Shown: one piece after another, positions 37,601 to 53,000 of the stretch
Position numbering within the stretch: the first letter of the stretch is position 1
Layout of the letters: every line of letters begins with the position of its first letter
Assembly (NCBI RefSeq): GCF_964204645.1
Contig: NC_134028.1
Coordinates: forward strand, 27,307,345-27,371,344
Source: Tubulanus polymorphus
Lineage: Eukaryota; Animalia; Nemertea
Direction: 5' to 3'
Length of the DNA stretch: 64,000 bases
Position numbers and translations under genes: made by a program
The notes under the pieces: model-generated
Seen by the model: the letters and a program-made list of their open reading frames with translations, nothing else
The model's database searches: none
What the model was told of the DNA's origin: nothing

Positions 37601-40600
37601 TGGATTCAAACTGAAAAGATGTGTTAAGGCGTATTGAACTGATTTCAAATAGATAGGTGGAAAGATTAAGAATTTTCTGGCTATTTATGCTCCTGAAGAT
37701 GATGGACTCGATCTGAAATGATAGGTTAAGGTAAACTGAACTGATTTCGAGCAGATGGACTGAAAGATACAGATTTTTCTTGCAAAATAGGGTCCTAAAG
37801 ATGATGAATTCTATCTTAATTGATGGGTTAGGGTGAACTGAACTGATTTCAAATAGATAGGTGGAAAGAATCAGAATTTTCTGGCTGCCTTTGGTTCTGA
37901 AGATGATGGACTCAATCTGAAAAGATGGGCTAAGGCGTATTGAACTGATTTCAAATAGATAGGTGGAAAGATTAAGAATTTTCTGGCTATTTATGCTCCT
38001 GAAGATGATTGACTCGATCTGAAATGATAGGTTAGGTAGACTGAACAGATTTCGAGTAGATGGACTGAAAGATACAGATTTTTCTTGCAAAATAGGGTCC
38101 TAAAGATGATGAGTTCTATCTTAATTGATGGGTTAGGGTGTACTGAACTGATTTCAAATAGATAGGTTGAAAGATTAAGAATTTTCTGGCTATTTATGCT
38201 CCTGAAGATGATGGACTCGATCTGAAATGATAGGTTAAGGTAAACTGAACTGATTTCGAGTAGATGGACTGAAAGATACAGATTTTTCTTGCAAAATAGG
38301 GTCCTAAAGATGATGAGTTCTATCTTAATTGATGGGTTAGGGTGTACTGAACTGATTTCAAATAGATAGGTTGAAAGATTAAGAATTTTCTGGTTATTTA
38401 TGCTCCTGAAGATGATGGACTCGATCTGAAATGATAGGTTAAGGTAAACTGAACTGATTTCGAGTAGATGGACTGAAAGATACAGATTTTTCTTGCAAAA
38501 CAGGGTCCTAAAGATGATGAATTCTATCTTAATTGATGGGTTAAGGCGTATTGAACTGATTTCAAATAGATAGGTGGAAAGAATCAGAATTTTCTGGCTG
38601 CCTTTGGTTCTGAAGATGATGGACTCAATCTGAAAAGATGGGCTAAGGCGTATTGAACTGATTTCAAATAGATAGGTGGAACGATTAAGAATTTTCTGGC
38701 TATTTATGCTCCTGAGGATGATGCACTCGATCTGAAATGATAGGTTAAGGTAGACTGAACTGATTTCGAGTAGATGGACAGAAAGATACAGATTTTTCTT
38801 GCAAAATAGGGTCCTAAAGATGATGAATTCTATCTTAATTGATGGGTAAGGGTGTACTGAACTGATTTCAAATAGATAGGTTGAAAGAATCAGAATTTTC
38901 TGGCTGCTTTTGGTTCTGAAGATGATGGATTCAATCTGAAAAGATGTGTTAAGGCGCATTGAACTGATTTCAAATAGATAGGTGGAAAGATTAAGAATTT
39001 TCTGGCTATTTATGCTCCTGAAGATGATGGACTCGGTCTGAAATGATAGGTTAAGGTAAACTGAACTGATTTCGAGTAGATGGACTGAAAGATACCGATT
39101 TTTCTTGCAAAATAGGGTCCTAAAGATGATGAATTCTATCTTAATTGATGGGTTAGGGTGTACTGAACTGATTTCAAATAGATAGGTGGGAAGATTAAGA
39201 ATTTTCTGGCTATTTATGCTCCTGAAGATGATGGACTCGATCTGAAATGATAGGTTAAGGTAAACTGAACTGATTTCGAGCAGATGGACTGAAAGATACA
39301 GATTTTTCTTGCAAAATAGGGTCCTAAGGATGATGAATTCTATCTTAATTGATGGGTTAGGGTGAACTGAACTGATTTCAAATAGATAGGTGGAAAGAAT
39401 CAGAATTTTCTGGCTGCCTTTGGTTCTGAAGATGATGGACTCAATCTGAAAAGATGGGCTAAGGCGTATTGAACTGATTTCAAATAGATAGGTGGAAAGA
39501 TTAAGAATTTTCTGGCTATTTATGCTCCTGAAGATGATGGACTCGATCTGAAATGATAGGTTAAGGTAAACTGAACTTATTTCGAGTAGATGGACTGAAA
39601 GATACAGACTTTTCTTGCAAAATAGGGCCCTAAAGATGATGAATTCTATCTTAATTGATGGGTTAGGGTGTACTGAACTGATTTCAAATAGATAGGTTGA
39701 AAGAATCAGAATTTTCTGGCTGCTTTTGGTTCTGAAGATGATGGATACAATCTGAAAAGATGTGTTAAGGCGTACTGAACTGATTTCAAATAGATAGGTG
39801 GAAAGATTAAGAATTTTCTGGCTATTTATGCTCCTGAAGATGATGGACTCGATCTGAAATGATAGGTTAAGGTAAACTGAACTGATTTCGAGCAGATGGA
39901 CTGAAAGATACAGATTTTTCTTGCAAAATAGGGCCCTAAAGATGATGAATTCTATCTTAATTGATGGGTTAGGGTGAACTGAACTGATTTCAAATAGATA
40001 GGTGGAAAGAATCAGAATTTTCTGGCTGCCTTTGGTTCTGAAGATGATGGACTCAATCTGAAAAGATGGGCTTAGGCGTATTGAACTGATTTCAAATAGA
40101 TAGGTGGAAAGATTAAGAATTTTCTGGCTATTTATGCTCCTGAGGATGATGCACTCGATCTGAAATGATAGGTTAAGGTAGACTGAACTGATTTCGAGTA
40201 GATGGACTGAAAGATACAGATTTTTCTTGCAAAATAGGGTCCTAAAGATGATTAATTCTATCTTAATTGATGGGTAAGGGTGTACTGAACTGATTTCAAA
40301 TAGATAGGTTGAAAGAATCAGAATTTTCTGGCTGCTTTTGGTTCTGAAGATGATGGATTCAATCTGAAAAGATGTGTTAAGGCGCATTGAACTGATTTCA
40401 AATAGATAGGTGGAAAGATTAAGAATTTTCTGGCTATTTATGCTCCTGAAGATGATGGACTCGATCTGAAATGATAGGTTAAGGTAAACTGAACTGATTT
40501 CGAGTAGATGGACTGAAAGATACAGATTTTTCTTGCAAAATAGGGTCCTAAAGATGATGAATTCTATCTTAATTGATGGGTTAGGGTGTACTGAACTGAT

Positions 40601-43600
40601 TTCAAATAGATAGGTGGAAAGATTAAGAATTTTCTGGCTATTTATGCTCCTGAAGATGATGGACTCGATCTGAAATGATAGGTTAAGGTAAACTGAACTG
40701 ATTTCGAGCAGATGGACTGAAAGATACAGATTTTTCTTGCAAAATAGGGTCCTAAGGATGATGAATTCTATCTTAATTGATGGGTTAGGGTGACCTGAAC
40801 TGATTTCAAATAGATAGGTGGAAAGAATCAGAATTTTCTGGCTGCCTTTGGTTCTGAAGATGATGGACTCAATCTGAAAAGATGGGCTAAGGCGTATTGA
40901 ACTGATTTCAAATAGATAGGTGGAAAGATTAAGAATTTTCTGGCTATTTATGCTCCTGAAGATGATGGACTCGATCTGAAATGATAGGTTAAGGTAAACT
41001 GAACTGATTTCGAGCAGATGGACTGAAAGATACAGATTTTTCTTGCAAAATAGGGTCCTATAGATGATGAATTCTATCTTAATTGATTGGTTAGGGTGTA
41101 CTGAACTGATTTCAAATAGATAGGTTGAAAGAATCAGAATTTTCTGGCTGCTTTTGGTTCTGAAGATGATGGATTCAATCTGAAAAGATGTGTTAAGGCG
41201 TATTGAACTGATTTAAAATAGATAGGTGGAAAGATTAAGAATTTTCTGGCTATTTATGCTCCTGAAGATGATGGACTCGATCTGAAATGATAGGTTAAGG
41301 TTGACTGAACTGATTCTGAATAGATGGACTGAAAGATACAGATTTTTCTTGCAAAATAGGGTCCTAAAGATGATGAGTTCTATCTTAATTGATTGGTTAG
41401 GGTGTACTGAACTGATTTCAAATAGATAGGTGGAAAGATTAAGAATTTTCTGGCTATTTATGCTCCTGAAGATGATGGACTCGATCTGAAATGATAGGTT
41501 AAGGTAAACTGAACTGATTTCGAGTAGATGGACTGAAAGATACAGATTTTTCTTGCAAAATAGGGTCCTAAAGATGATGAATTCTATCTTAATTGATGGG
41601 TTAGGGTGTACTGAACTGATTTCAAATAGATAGGTGGAAAGATTAAGAATTTTCTGGCTATTTATGCTCCTGAAGATGATGGACTCGATCTGAAATGATA
41701 GGTTAAGGTAAACTGAACTGATTTCGAGCAGATGGACTGAAAGATACAGATTTTTCTTGCAAAATAGGGTCCTAAAGATGATGAGTTCTATCTTAATTGA
41801 TGGCTTAGGGTGTACTGAACTGATTTCAAATAGATAGGTGGAAAGATTAAGAATTTTCTGGCTATTTATGCTTCTGAAGATGATGGACTCGATCTGAAAT
41901 GATAGGTTAAGGTAAACTGAACTGATTTCGAGTAGATGGACTGAAAGATACAGATTTTTCTTGCAAAATAGGGTCCTAAAGATGATGAATTCTATCTTAA
42001 TTGATGGGTTAGGGTGTACTGAACTGATTTCAAATAGATAGGTGGAAAGATTAAGAATTTTCTGGCTATTTATGCTCCTGAAGATGATGGACTCGATCTG
42101 AAATGATAGGTTAAGGTAAACTGATCTGATTTCGAGTAGATGGACTGAAAGATACAAATTTTTCTTGCAAAATAGGGTCCTAAAGATGATGAATTCTATC
42201 TTAATTGATGGGTTAGGGTGTACTGAACTGATTTCAAATAGATAGGTTGAAAGAATCAGAATTTTCTGGCTGCTTTTGGTTCTGAAGATGATGGATTCAA
42301 TCTGAAAAGATGTGTTAAGGCGTATTGAACTGATTTCAAATAGATAGGTGGAAAGATTAAGAATTTTCTGGCTATCTATGTTCCTGAAGATGATGGACTC
42401 GATCTGAAATGATAGGTTAAGGTAGACTGAACTGATTCTGAATAGATGGACTGAAAGATACAGATTTTTCTTGCAAAATAAGGTCCTAAAGATGATGAGT
42501 TCTATCTTAATTGATGGGTTAGGGTGTACTGAACTGATTTCAAATAGATAGGTGGAAAGATTAAGAATTTTCTGGCTATTTATGCTCCTGAAGATGATGG
42601 ACTCGATCTGAAATGATAGGTTAAGGTAAACTGAACTGATTTCGAGTAGATGGACTGAAAGATACAGACTTTTCTTGCAAAATAGGGCCCTAAAGATGAT
42701 GAATTCTATCTTAATTGATGGGTTAGGGTGTACTGAACTGATTTCAAATAGATAGGTTGAAAGAATCAGAAATTTCTGGCTGCTTTTGGTTCTGAAGATG
42801 ATGGATACAATCTGAAAAGATGTGTTAAGGCGTATTGAACTGATTTCAAATAGATAGGTGGAAAGATTAAGAATTTTCTGGCTATTTATGCTCCTGAAGA
42901 TGATGGACTCGATCTGAAATGATAGGTTAAGGTAAACTGAACTGATTTCGAGCAGATGGACTGAAAGATACAGATTTTTCTTGCAAAATAGGGCCCTAAA
43001 GATGATGAATTCTATCTTAATTGATGGGTTAGGGTGAACTGAACTGATTTCAAATAGATAGGTGGAAAGAATCAGAATTTTCTGGCTGCCTTTGGTTCTG
43101 AAGATGATGGACTCAATCTGAAAAGATGGGCTAAGGCGTATTGAACTGATTTCAAATAGATAGGTGGAAAGATTAAGAATTTTCTGGCTATTTATGCTCC
43201 TGAGGATGATGCACTCGATCTGAAATGATAGGTTAAGGTAGACTGAACTGATTTCGAGTAGATGGACTGAAAGATACAGATTTTTCTTGCAAAATAGGGT
43301 CCTAAAGATGATGAATTCTATCTTAATTGATGGGTAAGGGTGTACTGAACTGATTTCAAATAGATAGGTTGAAAGAATCAGAATTTTCTGGCTGCTTTTG
43401 GTTCTGAAGATGATGGATTCAATCTGAAAAGATGTGTTAAGGCGTATTGAACTGATTTAAAATAGATAGGTGGAAAGATTAAGAATTTTCTGGCTATTTA
43501 TGCTCCTGAAGATGATGGACTCGATCTGAAATGATAGGTTAAGGTAAACTGAACTGATTCCGAGTAGATGGACTGAAAGATACAAATTTTTCTTGCAAAA

Positions 43601-46600
43601 TAGGGTCCAAAAGATGATGAATTCTATCTTAATTGATGGGTTAGGGTGTACTGAACTGATTTCAAATAGATAGGTTGAAAGAATCAGAATTTTCGGGCTG
43701 CTTTTGGTTCTGAAGATGATGGATTCAATCTGAAAAGATGTGTTAAGGCGTATTGAACTGATTTCAAATAGATAGGTGGAAAGATTAAGAATTTTCTGGC
43801 TATTTATGCTCCTGAAGATGATGGACTCGATCTGAAATGATAGGTTAAGGTAGACTGAACTGATTCTGAATAGATGGACTGAAAGATACAGATTTTTCTT
43901 GCAAAATAGGGTCCTAAAGATGATGAGTTCTATCTTAATTGATGGGTTAGGGTGTACTGAACTGATTTCAAATAGATAGGTTGAAAGAATCAGAATTTTC
44001 TGGCTGCTTTTGGTTCTGAAGATGATGGATTCAATCTGAAAAGATGTGTTAAGGCGTATTGAACTGATTTCAAATAGATAGGTGGAAAGATTAAGAATTT
44101 TCTGGCTATTTATGCTCCTGAAGATGATGGACTCGATCTGAAATGATAGGTTAAGGTTAACTGAACTGATTTCGAGTAGATGGACTGAAAGATACAGATT
44201 TTTCTTGCAAAATAGGGTCCTAAAGATGATGAGTTCTATCTTAATTGATGGGTTAGGGTGTACTGAACTGATTTCAAATAGATAGGTTGAAAGATTAAGA
44301 ATTTTCTGGCTATTTATGCTCCTGAAGATGATGGACTCGATCTGAAATGATAGGTTAAGGTAAACTGAACTGATTTCGAGCAGATGGACTGAAAGATACA
44401 GATTTTTCTTGCAAAATAGGGTCCTAAAGATGATGAATTCTATCTTAATTGATGGGTTAGGGTGAACTGAACTGATTTCAAATAGATAGGTGGAAAGAAT
44501 CAGAATTTTCTGGCTGCCTTTGGTTCTGAAGATGATGGACTCAATCTGAAAAGATGGGCTAAGGCGTATTGAACTGATTTCAAATAGATAGGTGGAAAGA
44601 TTAAGAATTTTCTGGCTATTTATGCTCCTGAAGATGATTGACTCGATCTGAAATGATAGGTTAGGTAGACTGAACTGATTTCGAGTAGATGGACTGAAAG
44701 ATAAAGATTTTTCTTGCAAAATAGGGTCCTAAAGATGATGAGTTCTATCTTAATTGATGGGTTAGGGTGTACTGAACTGATTTCAAATAGATAGGTGGAA
44801 AGATTAAGAATTTTCTGGTTATTTATGCTCCTGAAGATGATGGACTCGATCTAAATGATAGGTTAAGGTAAACTGAACTGATTTCGAGTAGATGGACTGA
44901 AAGATACAGATTTTTCTTGCAAAACAGGGTCCTAAAGATGATGAATTCTATCTTAATTGATGGGTTAAGGCGTATTGAACTGATTTCAAATAGATAGGTG
45001 GAAAGAATCAGAATTTTCTGGCTGCCTTTGGTTCTGAAGATGATGGACTCAATCTGAAAAGATGGGCTAAGGCGTATTGAACTGATTTCAAATAGATAGG
45101 TGGAAAGATTAAGAATTTTCTGGCTATTTATGCTCCTGAAGATGATGGACTCGATCTGAAATGATAGGTTAAGGTAAACTGAACTGATTTCGAGTAGATG
45201 GACTGAAAGATACAAATTTTTCTTGCAAAATAGGGTCAAAAAGATGATGAATTCTATCTTAATTGATGGGTTAGGGTGTACTGAACTGATTTCAAATAGA
45301 TAGGTTGAAAGAATCAGAATTTTCGGGCTGCTTTTGGTTCTGAAGATGATGGATTCAATCTGAAAAGATGTGTTAAGGCGTATTGAACTGATTTCAAATA
45401 GATAGGTGGAAAGATTAAGATTTTTCTGGCTATTTATGCTCCTGAAGATGATGGACTCGATCTAAAATGATAGGTTAAGGTAGACTGAACTGATTCTGAA
45501 TAGATGGACTGAAAGATACAGATTTTTCTTGCAAAATAGGGTCCAAAAGATGATGAATTCTATCTTAATTGATGGGTTAGGGTGTACTGAACTGATTTCA
45601 AATAGATAGGTTGAAAGAATCAGAATTTTCGGGCTGCTTTTGGTTCTGAAGATGATGGATTCAAACTGAAAAGATGTGTTAAGGCGTATTGAACTGATTT
45701 CAAATAGATAGGTGGAAAGATTAAGAATTTTCTGGCTATTTATGCTCCTGAAGATGATGGACTCGATCTGAAATGATAGGTTAAGGTAAACTGAACTGAT
45801 TTCGAGCAGATGGACTGAAAGATACAGATTTTTCTTGCAAAATAGGGTCCTAAAGATGATGAATTCTATCTTAATTGATGGGTTAGGGTGAACTGAACTG
45901 ATTTCAAATAGATAGGTGGAAAGAATCAGAATTTTCTGGCTGCCTTTGGTTCTGAAGATGATGGACTCAATCTGAAAAGATGGGCTAAGGCGTATTGAAC
46001 TGATTTCAAATAGATAGGTGGAAAGATTAAGAATTTTCTGGCTATTTATGCTCCTGAAGATGATTGACTCGATCTGAAATGATAGGTTAGGTAGACTGAA
46101 CAGATTTCGAGTAGATGGACTGAAAGATACAGATTTTTCTTGCAAAATAGGGTCCTAAAGATGATGAGTTCTATCTTAATTGATGGGTTAGGGTGTACTG
46201 AACTGATTTCAAATAGATAGGTTGAAAGATTAAGAATTTTCTGGCTATTTATGCTCCTGAAGATGATGGACTCGATCTGAAATGATAGGTTAAGGTAAAC
46301 TGAACTGATTTCGAGTAGATGGACTGAAAGATACAGATTTTTCTTGCAAAATAGGGTCCTAAAGATGATGAGTTCTATCTTAATTGATGGGTTAGGGTGT
46401 ACTGAACTGATTTCAAATAGATAGGTTGAAAGATTAAGAATTTTCTGGTTATTTATGCTCCTGAAGATGATGGACTCGATCTGAAATGATAGGTTAAGGT
46501 AAACTGAACTGATTTCGAGTAGATGGACTGAAAGATACAGATTTTTCTTGCAAAACAGGGTCCTAAAGATGATGAATTCTATCTTAATTGATGGGTTAAG

Positions 46601-49600
46601 GCGTATTGAACTGATTTCAAATAGATAGGTGGAAAGAATCAGAATTTTCTGGCTGCCTTTGGTTCTGAAGATGATGGACTCAATCTGAAAAGATGGGCTA
46701 AGGCGTATTGAACTGATTTCAAATAGATAGGTGGAACGATTAAGAATTTTCTGGCTATTTATGCTCCTGAGGATGATGCACTCGATCTGAAATGATAGGT
46801 TAAGGTAGACTGAACTGATTTCGAGTAGATGGACAGAAAGATACAGATTTTTCTTGCAAAATAGGGTCCTAAAGATGATGAATTCTATCTTAATTGATGG
46901 GTAAGGGTGTACTGAACTGATTTCAAATAGATAGGTTGAAAGAATCAGAATTTTCTGGCTGCTTTTGGTTCTGAAGATGATGGATTCAATCTGAAAAGAT
47001 GTGTTAAGGCGCATTGAACTGATTTCAAATAGATAGGTGGAAAGATTAAGAATTTTCTGGCTATTTATGCTCCTGAAGATGATGGACTCGGTCTGAAATG
47101 ATAGGTTAAGGTAAACTGAACTGATTTCGAGTAGATGGACTGAAAGATACCGATTTTTCTTGCAAAATAGGGTCCTAAAGATGATGAATTCTATCTTAAT
47201 TGATGGGTTAGGGTGTACTGAACTGATTTCAAATAGATAGGTGGGAAGATTAAGAATTTTCTGGCTATTTATGCTCCTGAAGATGATGGACTCGATCTGA
47301 AATGATAGGTTAAGGTAAACTGAACTGATTTCGAGCAGATGGACTGAAAGATACAGATTTTTCTTGCAAAATAGGGTCCTAAGGATGATGAATTCTATCT
47401 TAATTGATGGGTTAGGGTGAACTGAACTGATTTCAAATAGATAGGTGGAAAGAATCAGAATTTTCTGGCTGCCTTTGGTTCTGAAGATGATGGACTCAAT
47501 CTGAAAAGATGGGCTAAGGCGTATTGAACTGATTTCAAATAGATAGGTGGAAAGATTAAGAATTTTCTGGCTATTTATGCTCCTGAAGATGATGGACTCG
47601 ATCTGAAATGATAGGTTAAGGTAAACTGAACTTATTTCGAGTAGATGGACTGAAAGATACAGACTTTTCTTGCAAAATAGGGCCCTAAAGATGATGAATT
47701 CTATCTTAATTGATGGGTTAGGGTGTACTGAACTGATTTCAAATAGATAGGTTGAAAGAATCAGAATTTTCTGGCTGCTTTTGGTTCTGAAGATGATGGA
47801 TACAATCTGAAAAGATGTGTTAAGGCGTACTGAACTGATTTCAAATAGATAGGTGGAAAGATTAAGAATTTTCTGGCTATTTATGCTCCTGAAGATGATG
47901 GACTCGATCTGAAATGATAGGTTAAGGTAAACTGAACTGATTTCGAGCAGATGGACTGAAAGATACAGATTTTTCTTGCAAAATAGGGCCCTAAAGATGA
48001 TGAATTCTATCTTAATTGATGGGTTAGGGTGAACTGAACTGATTTCAAATAGATAGGTGGAAAGAATCAGAATTTTCTGGCTGCCTTTGGTTCTGAAGAT
48101 GATGGACTCAATCTGAAAAGATGGGCTTAGGCGTATTGAACTGATTTCAAATAGATAGGTGGAAAGATTAAGAATTTTCTGGCTATTTATGCTCCTGAGG
48201 ATGATGCACTCGATCTGAAATGATAGGTTAAGGTAGACTGAACTGATTTCGAGTAGATGGACTGAAAGATACAGATTTTTCTTGCAAAATAGGGTCCTAA
48301 AGATGATTAATTCTATCTTAATTGATGGGTAAGGGTGTACTGAACTGATTTCAAATAGATAGGTTGAAAGAATCAGAATTTTCTGGCTGCTTTTGGTTCT
48401 GAAGATGATGGATTCAATCTGAAAAGATGTGTTAAGGCGCATTGAACTGATTTCAAATAGATAGGTGGAAAGATTAAGAATTTTCTGGCTATTTATGCTC
48501 CTGAAGATGATGGACTCGATCTGAAATGATAGGTTAAGGTAAACTGAACTGATTTCGAGTAGATGGACTGAAAGATACAGATTTTTCTTGCAAAATAGGG
48601 TCCTAAAGATGATGAATTCTATCTTAATTGATGGGTTAGGGTGTACTGAACTGATTTCAAATAGATAGGTGGAAAGATTAAGAATTTTCTGGCTATTTAT
48701 GCTCCTGAAGATGATGGACTCGATCTGAAATGATAGGTTAAGGTAAACTGAACTGATTTCGAGCAGATGGACTGAAAGATACAGATTTTTCTTGCAAAAT
48801 AGGGTCCTAAGGATGATGAATTCTATCTTAATTGATGGGTTAGGGTGACCTGAACTGATTTCAAATAGATAGGTGGAAAGAATCAGAATTTTCTGGCTGC
48901 CTTTGGTTCTGAAGATGATGGACTCAATCTAAAAAGATGGGCTAAGGCGTATTGAACTGATTTCAAATAGATAGGTGGAAAGATTAAGAATTTTCTGGCT
49001 ATTTATGCTCCTGAAGATGATGGACTCGATCTGAAATGATAGGTTAAGGTAAACTGAACTGATTTCGAGCAGATGGACTGAAAGATACAGATTTTTCTTG
49101 CAAAATAGGGTCCTATAGATGATGAATTCTATCTTAATTGATTGGTTAGGGTGTACTGAACTGATTTCAAATAGATAGGTTGAAAGAATCAGAATTTTCT
49201 GGCTGCTTTTGGTTCTGAAGATGATGGATTCAATCTGAAAAGATGTGTTAAGGCGTATTGAACTGATTTAAAATAGATAGGTGGAAAGATTAAGAATTTT
49301 CTGGCTATTTATGCTCCTGAAGATGATGGACTCGATCTGAAATGATAGGTTAAGGTTGACTGAACTGATTCTGAATAGATGGACTGAAAGATACAGATTT
49401 TTCTTGCAAAATAGGGTCCTAAAGATGATGAGTTCTATCTTAATTGATTGGTTAGGGTGTACTGAACTGATTTCAAATAGATAGGTGGAAAGATTAAGAA
49501 TTTTCTGGCTATTTATGCTCCTGAAGATGATGGACTCGATCTGAAATGATAGGTTAAGGTAAACTGAACTGATTTCGAGTAGATGGACTGAAAGATACAG

Positions 49601-50080
49601 ATTTTTCTTGCAAAATAGGGTCCTAAAGATGATGAATTCTATCTTAATTGATGGGTTAGGGTGTACTGAACTGATTTCAAATAGATAGGTGGAAAGATTA
49701 AGAATTTTCTGGCTATTTATGCTCCTGAAGATGATGGACTCGATCTGAAATGATAGGTTAAGGTAAACTGAACTGATTTCGAGCAGATGGACTGAAAGAT
49801 ACAGATTTTTCTTGCAAAATAGGGTCCTAAAGATGATGAGTTCTATCTTAATTGATGGCTTAGGGTGTACTGAACTGATTTCAAATAGATAGGTGGAAAG
49901 ATTAAGAATTTTCTGGCTATTTATGCTTCTGAAGATGATGGACTCGATCTGAAATGATAGGTTAAGGTAAACTGAACTGATTTCGAGTAGATGGACTGAA
50001 AGATACAGATTTTTCTTGCAAAATAGGGTCCTAAAGATGATGAATTCTATCTTAATTGATGGGTTAGGGTGTACTGAACT
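31650..50080. repeat. Recent tandem duplication of an 8,055-bp (79-monomer) block; the first copy is expanded to 10,377 bp by an internal 2,322-bp duplication
   Basis: Private markers recur at offset 10,377 (CTGATCTG 31744/42121; ATAAAGA 34324/44701; GATCTAAATG 34471/44848) and at offset 8,055 (ATTAATTC 40251/48306; TGACCTGAAC 40791/48846; CTTCTGAAG 41871/49926). ORFs 37991..40387 and 46046..48442 appear identical. Block ends are approximate. Confidence 0.9.
35110..39750. repeat. 2,322-bp tandem duplication with an out-of-register junction at ~37,430
   Basis: ORF ends 35669 and 37991 are offset by 2,322. The junction GGATACAATC|TGAACTGATTCTGAATAG truncates an A monomer by 23 bp, and 23x102-23-1=2322. 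Confidence 0.88.
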
Positions 50081-53000
50081 GATTTCAAATAGATTGGTGG
50101 AAAGAATCAGAATTTTCTGGCTGCCTTTGGTTCTGAAGATGATGGATTCAATCTGAAAAGATGTGTTAAGGCGTATTGAACTGATTTAAAATAGATAGGT
50201 GGAAAGATTAAGAATTTTCTGGCTATTTATGCTCCTGAAGATGATGGACTCGATCTGAAATGATAGGTTAAGGTAAACTGAACTTATTTCGAGTAGATGG
50301 ACTGAAAGTTACAGATTTTTCTTGCAAAATAGGGTCCTAAAGATGATGAATTCTATCTTAATTGATGGGTTAGGGTGTACTGAACTGATTTCAAATAGAT
50401 AGGTTGAAAGAATCAGAATTTTCTGGCTACTTTTGGTTCTGAAGATGATGGATTCAATCTGAAAATATGTGTTAAGGCGTATTGAACTGATTTCAAATAG
50501 ATAGGTGGAAAGATTAAGAATTTTCTGGCTATTTATGCTCCTGAAGATGATTGACTCGATCTGAAATGATAGGTTAGGTAGACTGAACTGATTTCGAGTA
50601 GATGGACTGAAAGATACAGATTTTTCTTGCAAAATAGGGTCCTAAAGATGATGAGTTCTATCTTAATTGATGGGTTAGGGTGTACTGAACTGATTTCAAA
50701 TAGATAGGTGGAAAGATTAAGAATTTTCTGGTTATTTATGCTCCTGAAGATGATGGACTCGATCTGAAATGATAGGTTAAGGTAAACTGAACTGATTTCG
50801 AGTAGATGGACTGAAAGATACAGATTTTTCTTGCAAAACAGGGTCCTAAAGATGATGAATTCTATCTTAATTGATGGGTTAAGGCGTATTGAACTGATTT
50901 CAAATAGATAGGTGGAAAGAATCAGGATTTTCTGGCTGCCTTTGGTTCTGAAGATGATGGACTCAATCTGAAAAGATGGGCTAAGGCGTATTGAACTGAT
51001 TTCAAATAGATAGGTGGAAAGATTAAGAATTTTCTGGCTATTTATGCTCCTGAAGATGATGGACTCTATCTGAAATGATAGGTTAAGGTAAACTGAACTG
51101 ATTTCGAGTAGATGGACTGAAAGATACAAATTTTTCTTGCAAAATAGGGTCCAAAAGATGATGAATTCTATCTTAATTGATGGGTTAGGGTGTACTGAAC
51201 TGATTTCAAATAGATAGGTTGAAAGAATCAGAATTTTCGGGCTGCTTTTGGTTCTGAAGATGATGGATTCAATCTGAAAAGATGTGTTAAGGCGTATTGA
51301 ACTGATTTCAAATAGATAGGTGGAAAGATTAAGAATTTTCTGGCTATTTATGCTCCTGAAGATGAAGGACTCGATCTGAAATGATAGGTTAAGGTAGACT
51401 GAACTGATTTCGAGCAGATGGACTGAAAGATACAGATTTTTCTTGCAAAATAGGGTCCTAAAGATGATGAATTCTATCTTAATTGATGGGTTAAGGCGTA
51501 TTGAACTGATTTCAAATAGATAGGTGGAAAGATTAAGAATTTTCTGGCTATTTATGCTCCTGAAGATGATGGACTCGATCTGAAACGATAGGTTAAGGTA
51601 AACTGAACTGATTTCGTGCAGATGGACTGAAAGATACAGATTTTTCTTGCAAAATAGGGTCCTAAAGATGATGAATTCTATCTTAATTGATGGGTTAGGG
51701 TGAACTGAACTGATTTCAAATAGATAGGTGGAAAGAATCAGAATTTTCTGGCTGCCTTTGGTTCTGAAGATGATGGACTCAATCTGAAAAGATGTGTTAA
51801 GGCGTATTGAACTGATTTCAAATAGATAGGTGGAAAGATTAAGAATTTTCTGGCTATTTATGCTCCTGAAGATGATGGACTCGATCTGAAATGAAAGGTT
51901 AAGGTAAACTGAACTGATTTCGAGTAGATGGACTGAAAGATACAGATTTTTCTTGCAAAATAGGGTCCTAAAGATGATGAATTCTATCTTAATTGATGGG
52001 TTAGGGTGTACTGAACTGATTTCAAATAGATAGGTTGAAAGAATCAGAATTTTCTGGCTGCTTTTGGTTCTGAAGATGATGGATTCAATCTGAAAAGATG
52101 TGTTAAGGCGTATTGAACTGATTTAAAATAGATAGGTGGAAAGATTAAGAATTTTCTGGCTATTTATGCTCCTGAAGATGATGGACTCGATCTGAAATGA
52201 TAGGTTAAGGTAAACTGAACTGATTTCGAGTAGATGGACTTAAAGATACAGATTTTTCTTGCAAAATAGGGTCCTAAAGATGATGAGTTCTATCTTAATT
52301 GATGGGTTAGGGTGTACTGAACTGATTTCAAATAGATAGGTTGAAAGATTAAGAATTTTCTGGCTATTTATGCTCCTGAAGATGATGGACTCGATCTGAA
52401 ATGATAGGTTAAGGTAAACTGAACTGATTTCGAGCAGATGGACTGAAAGATACAGATTTTTCTTGCAAAATAGGGTCCTAAAGATGATGAATTCTATCTT
52501 AATTGATGGGTTAGGGTGAACTGAACTGATTTCAAATAGATAGGTGGAAAGAATCAGAATTTTCTGGCTGCCTTTGGTTCTGAAGATGATGGACTCAATC
52601 TGAAAAGATGGGCTAAGGCGTATTGAACTTATTTCAAATAGATAGGTGTAAAGATTAAGAATTTTCTGGCTATTTATGCTCCTGAAGATGATGGACTCGA
52701 TCTGAAATGATAGGTTAAGGTAAACTGAACTGATTTCGAGTAGATGGACTGAAAGATACAGATTTTTCTTGCAAAATAGGGTCCTAAAGATGATGAATTC
52801 TATCTTAATTGATGGGTTAGGGTGAACTGAACTGATTTCAAATAGATAGGTTGAAAGAATCAGAATTTTCTGGCTGCTTTTGGTTCTGAAGATGATGGAT
52901 TCAATCTGAAAAGATGGGCTAAGGCGTATTGAACTGATTTCAAATAGATAGGTGGAAAGATTAAGAATTTTCTGGCTATTTATGCTCCTGAAGATGATGG

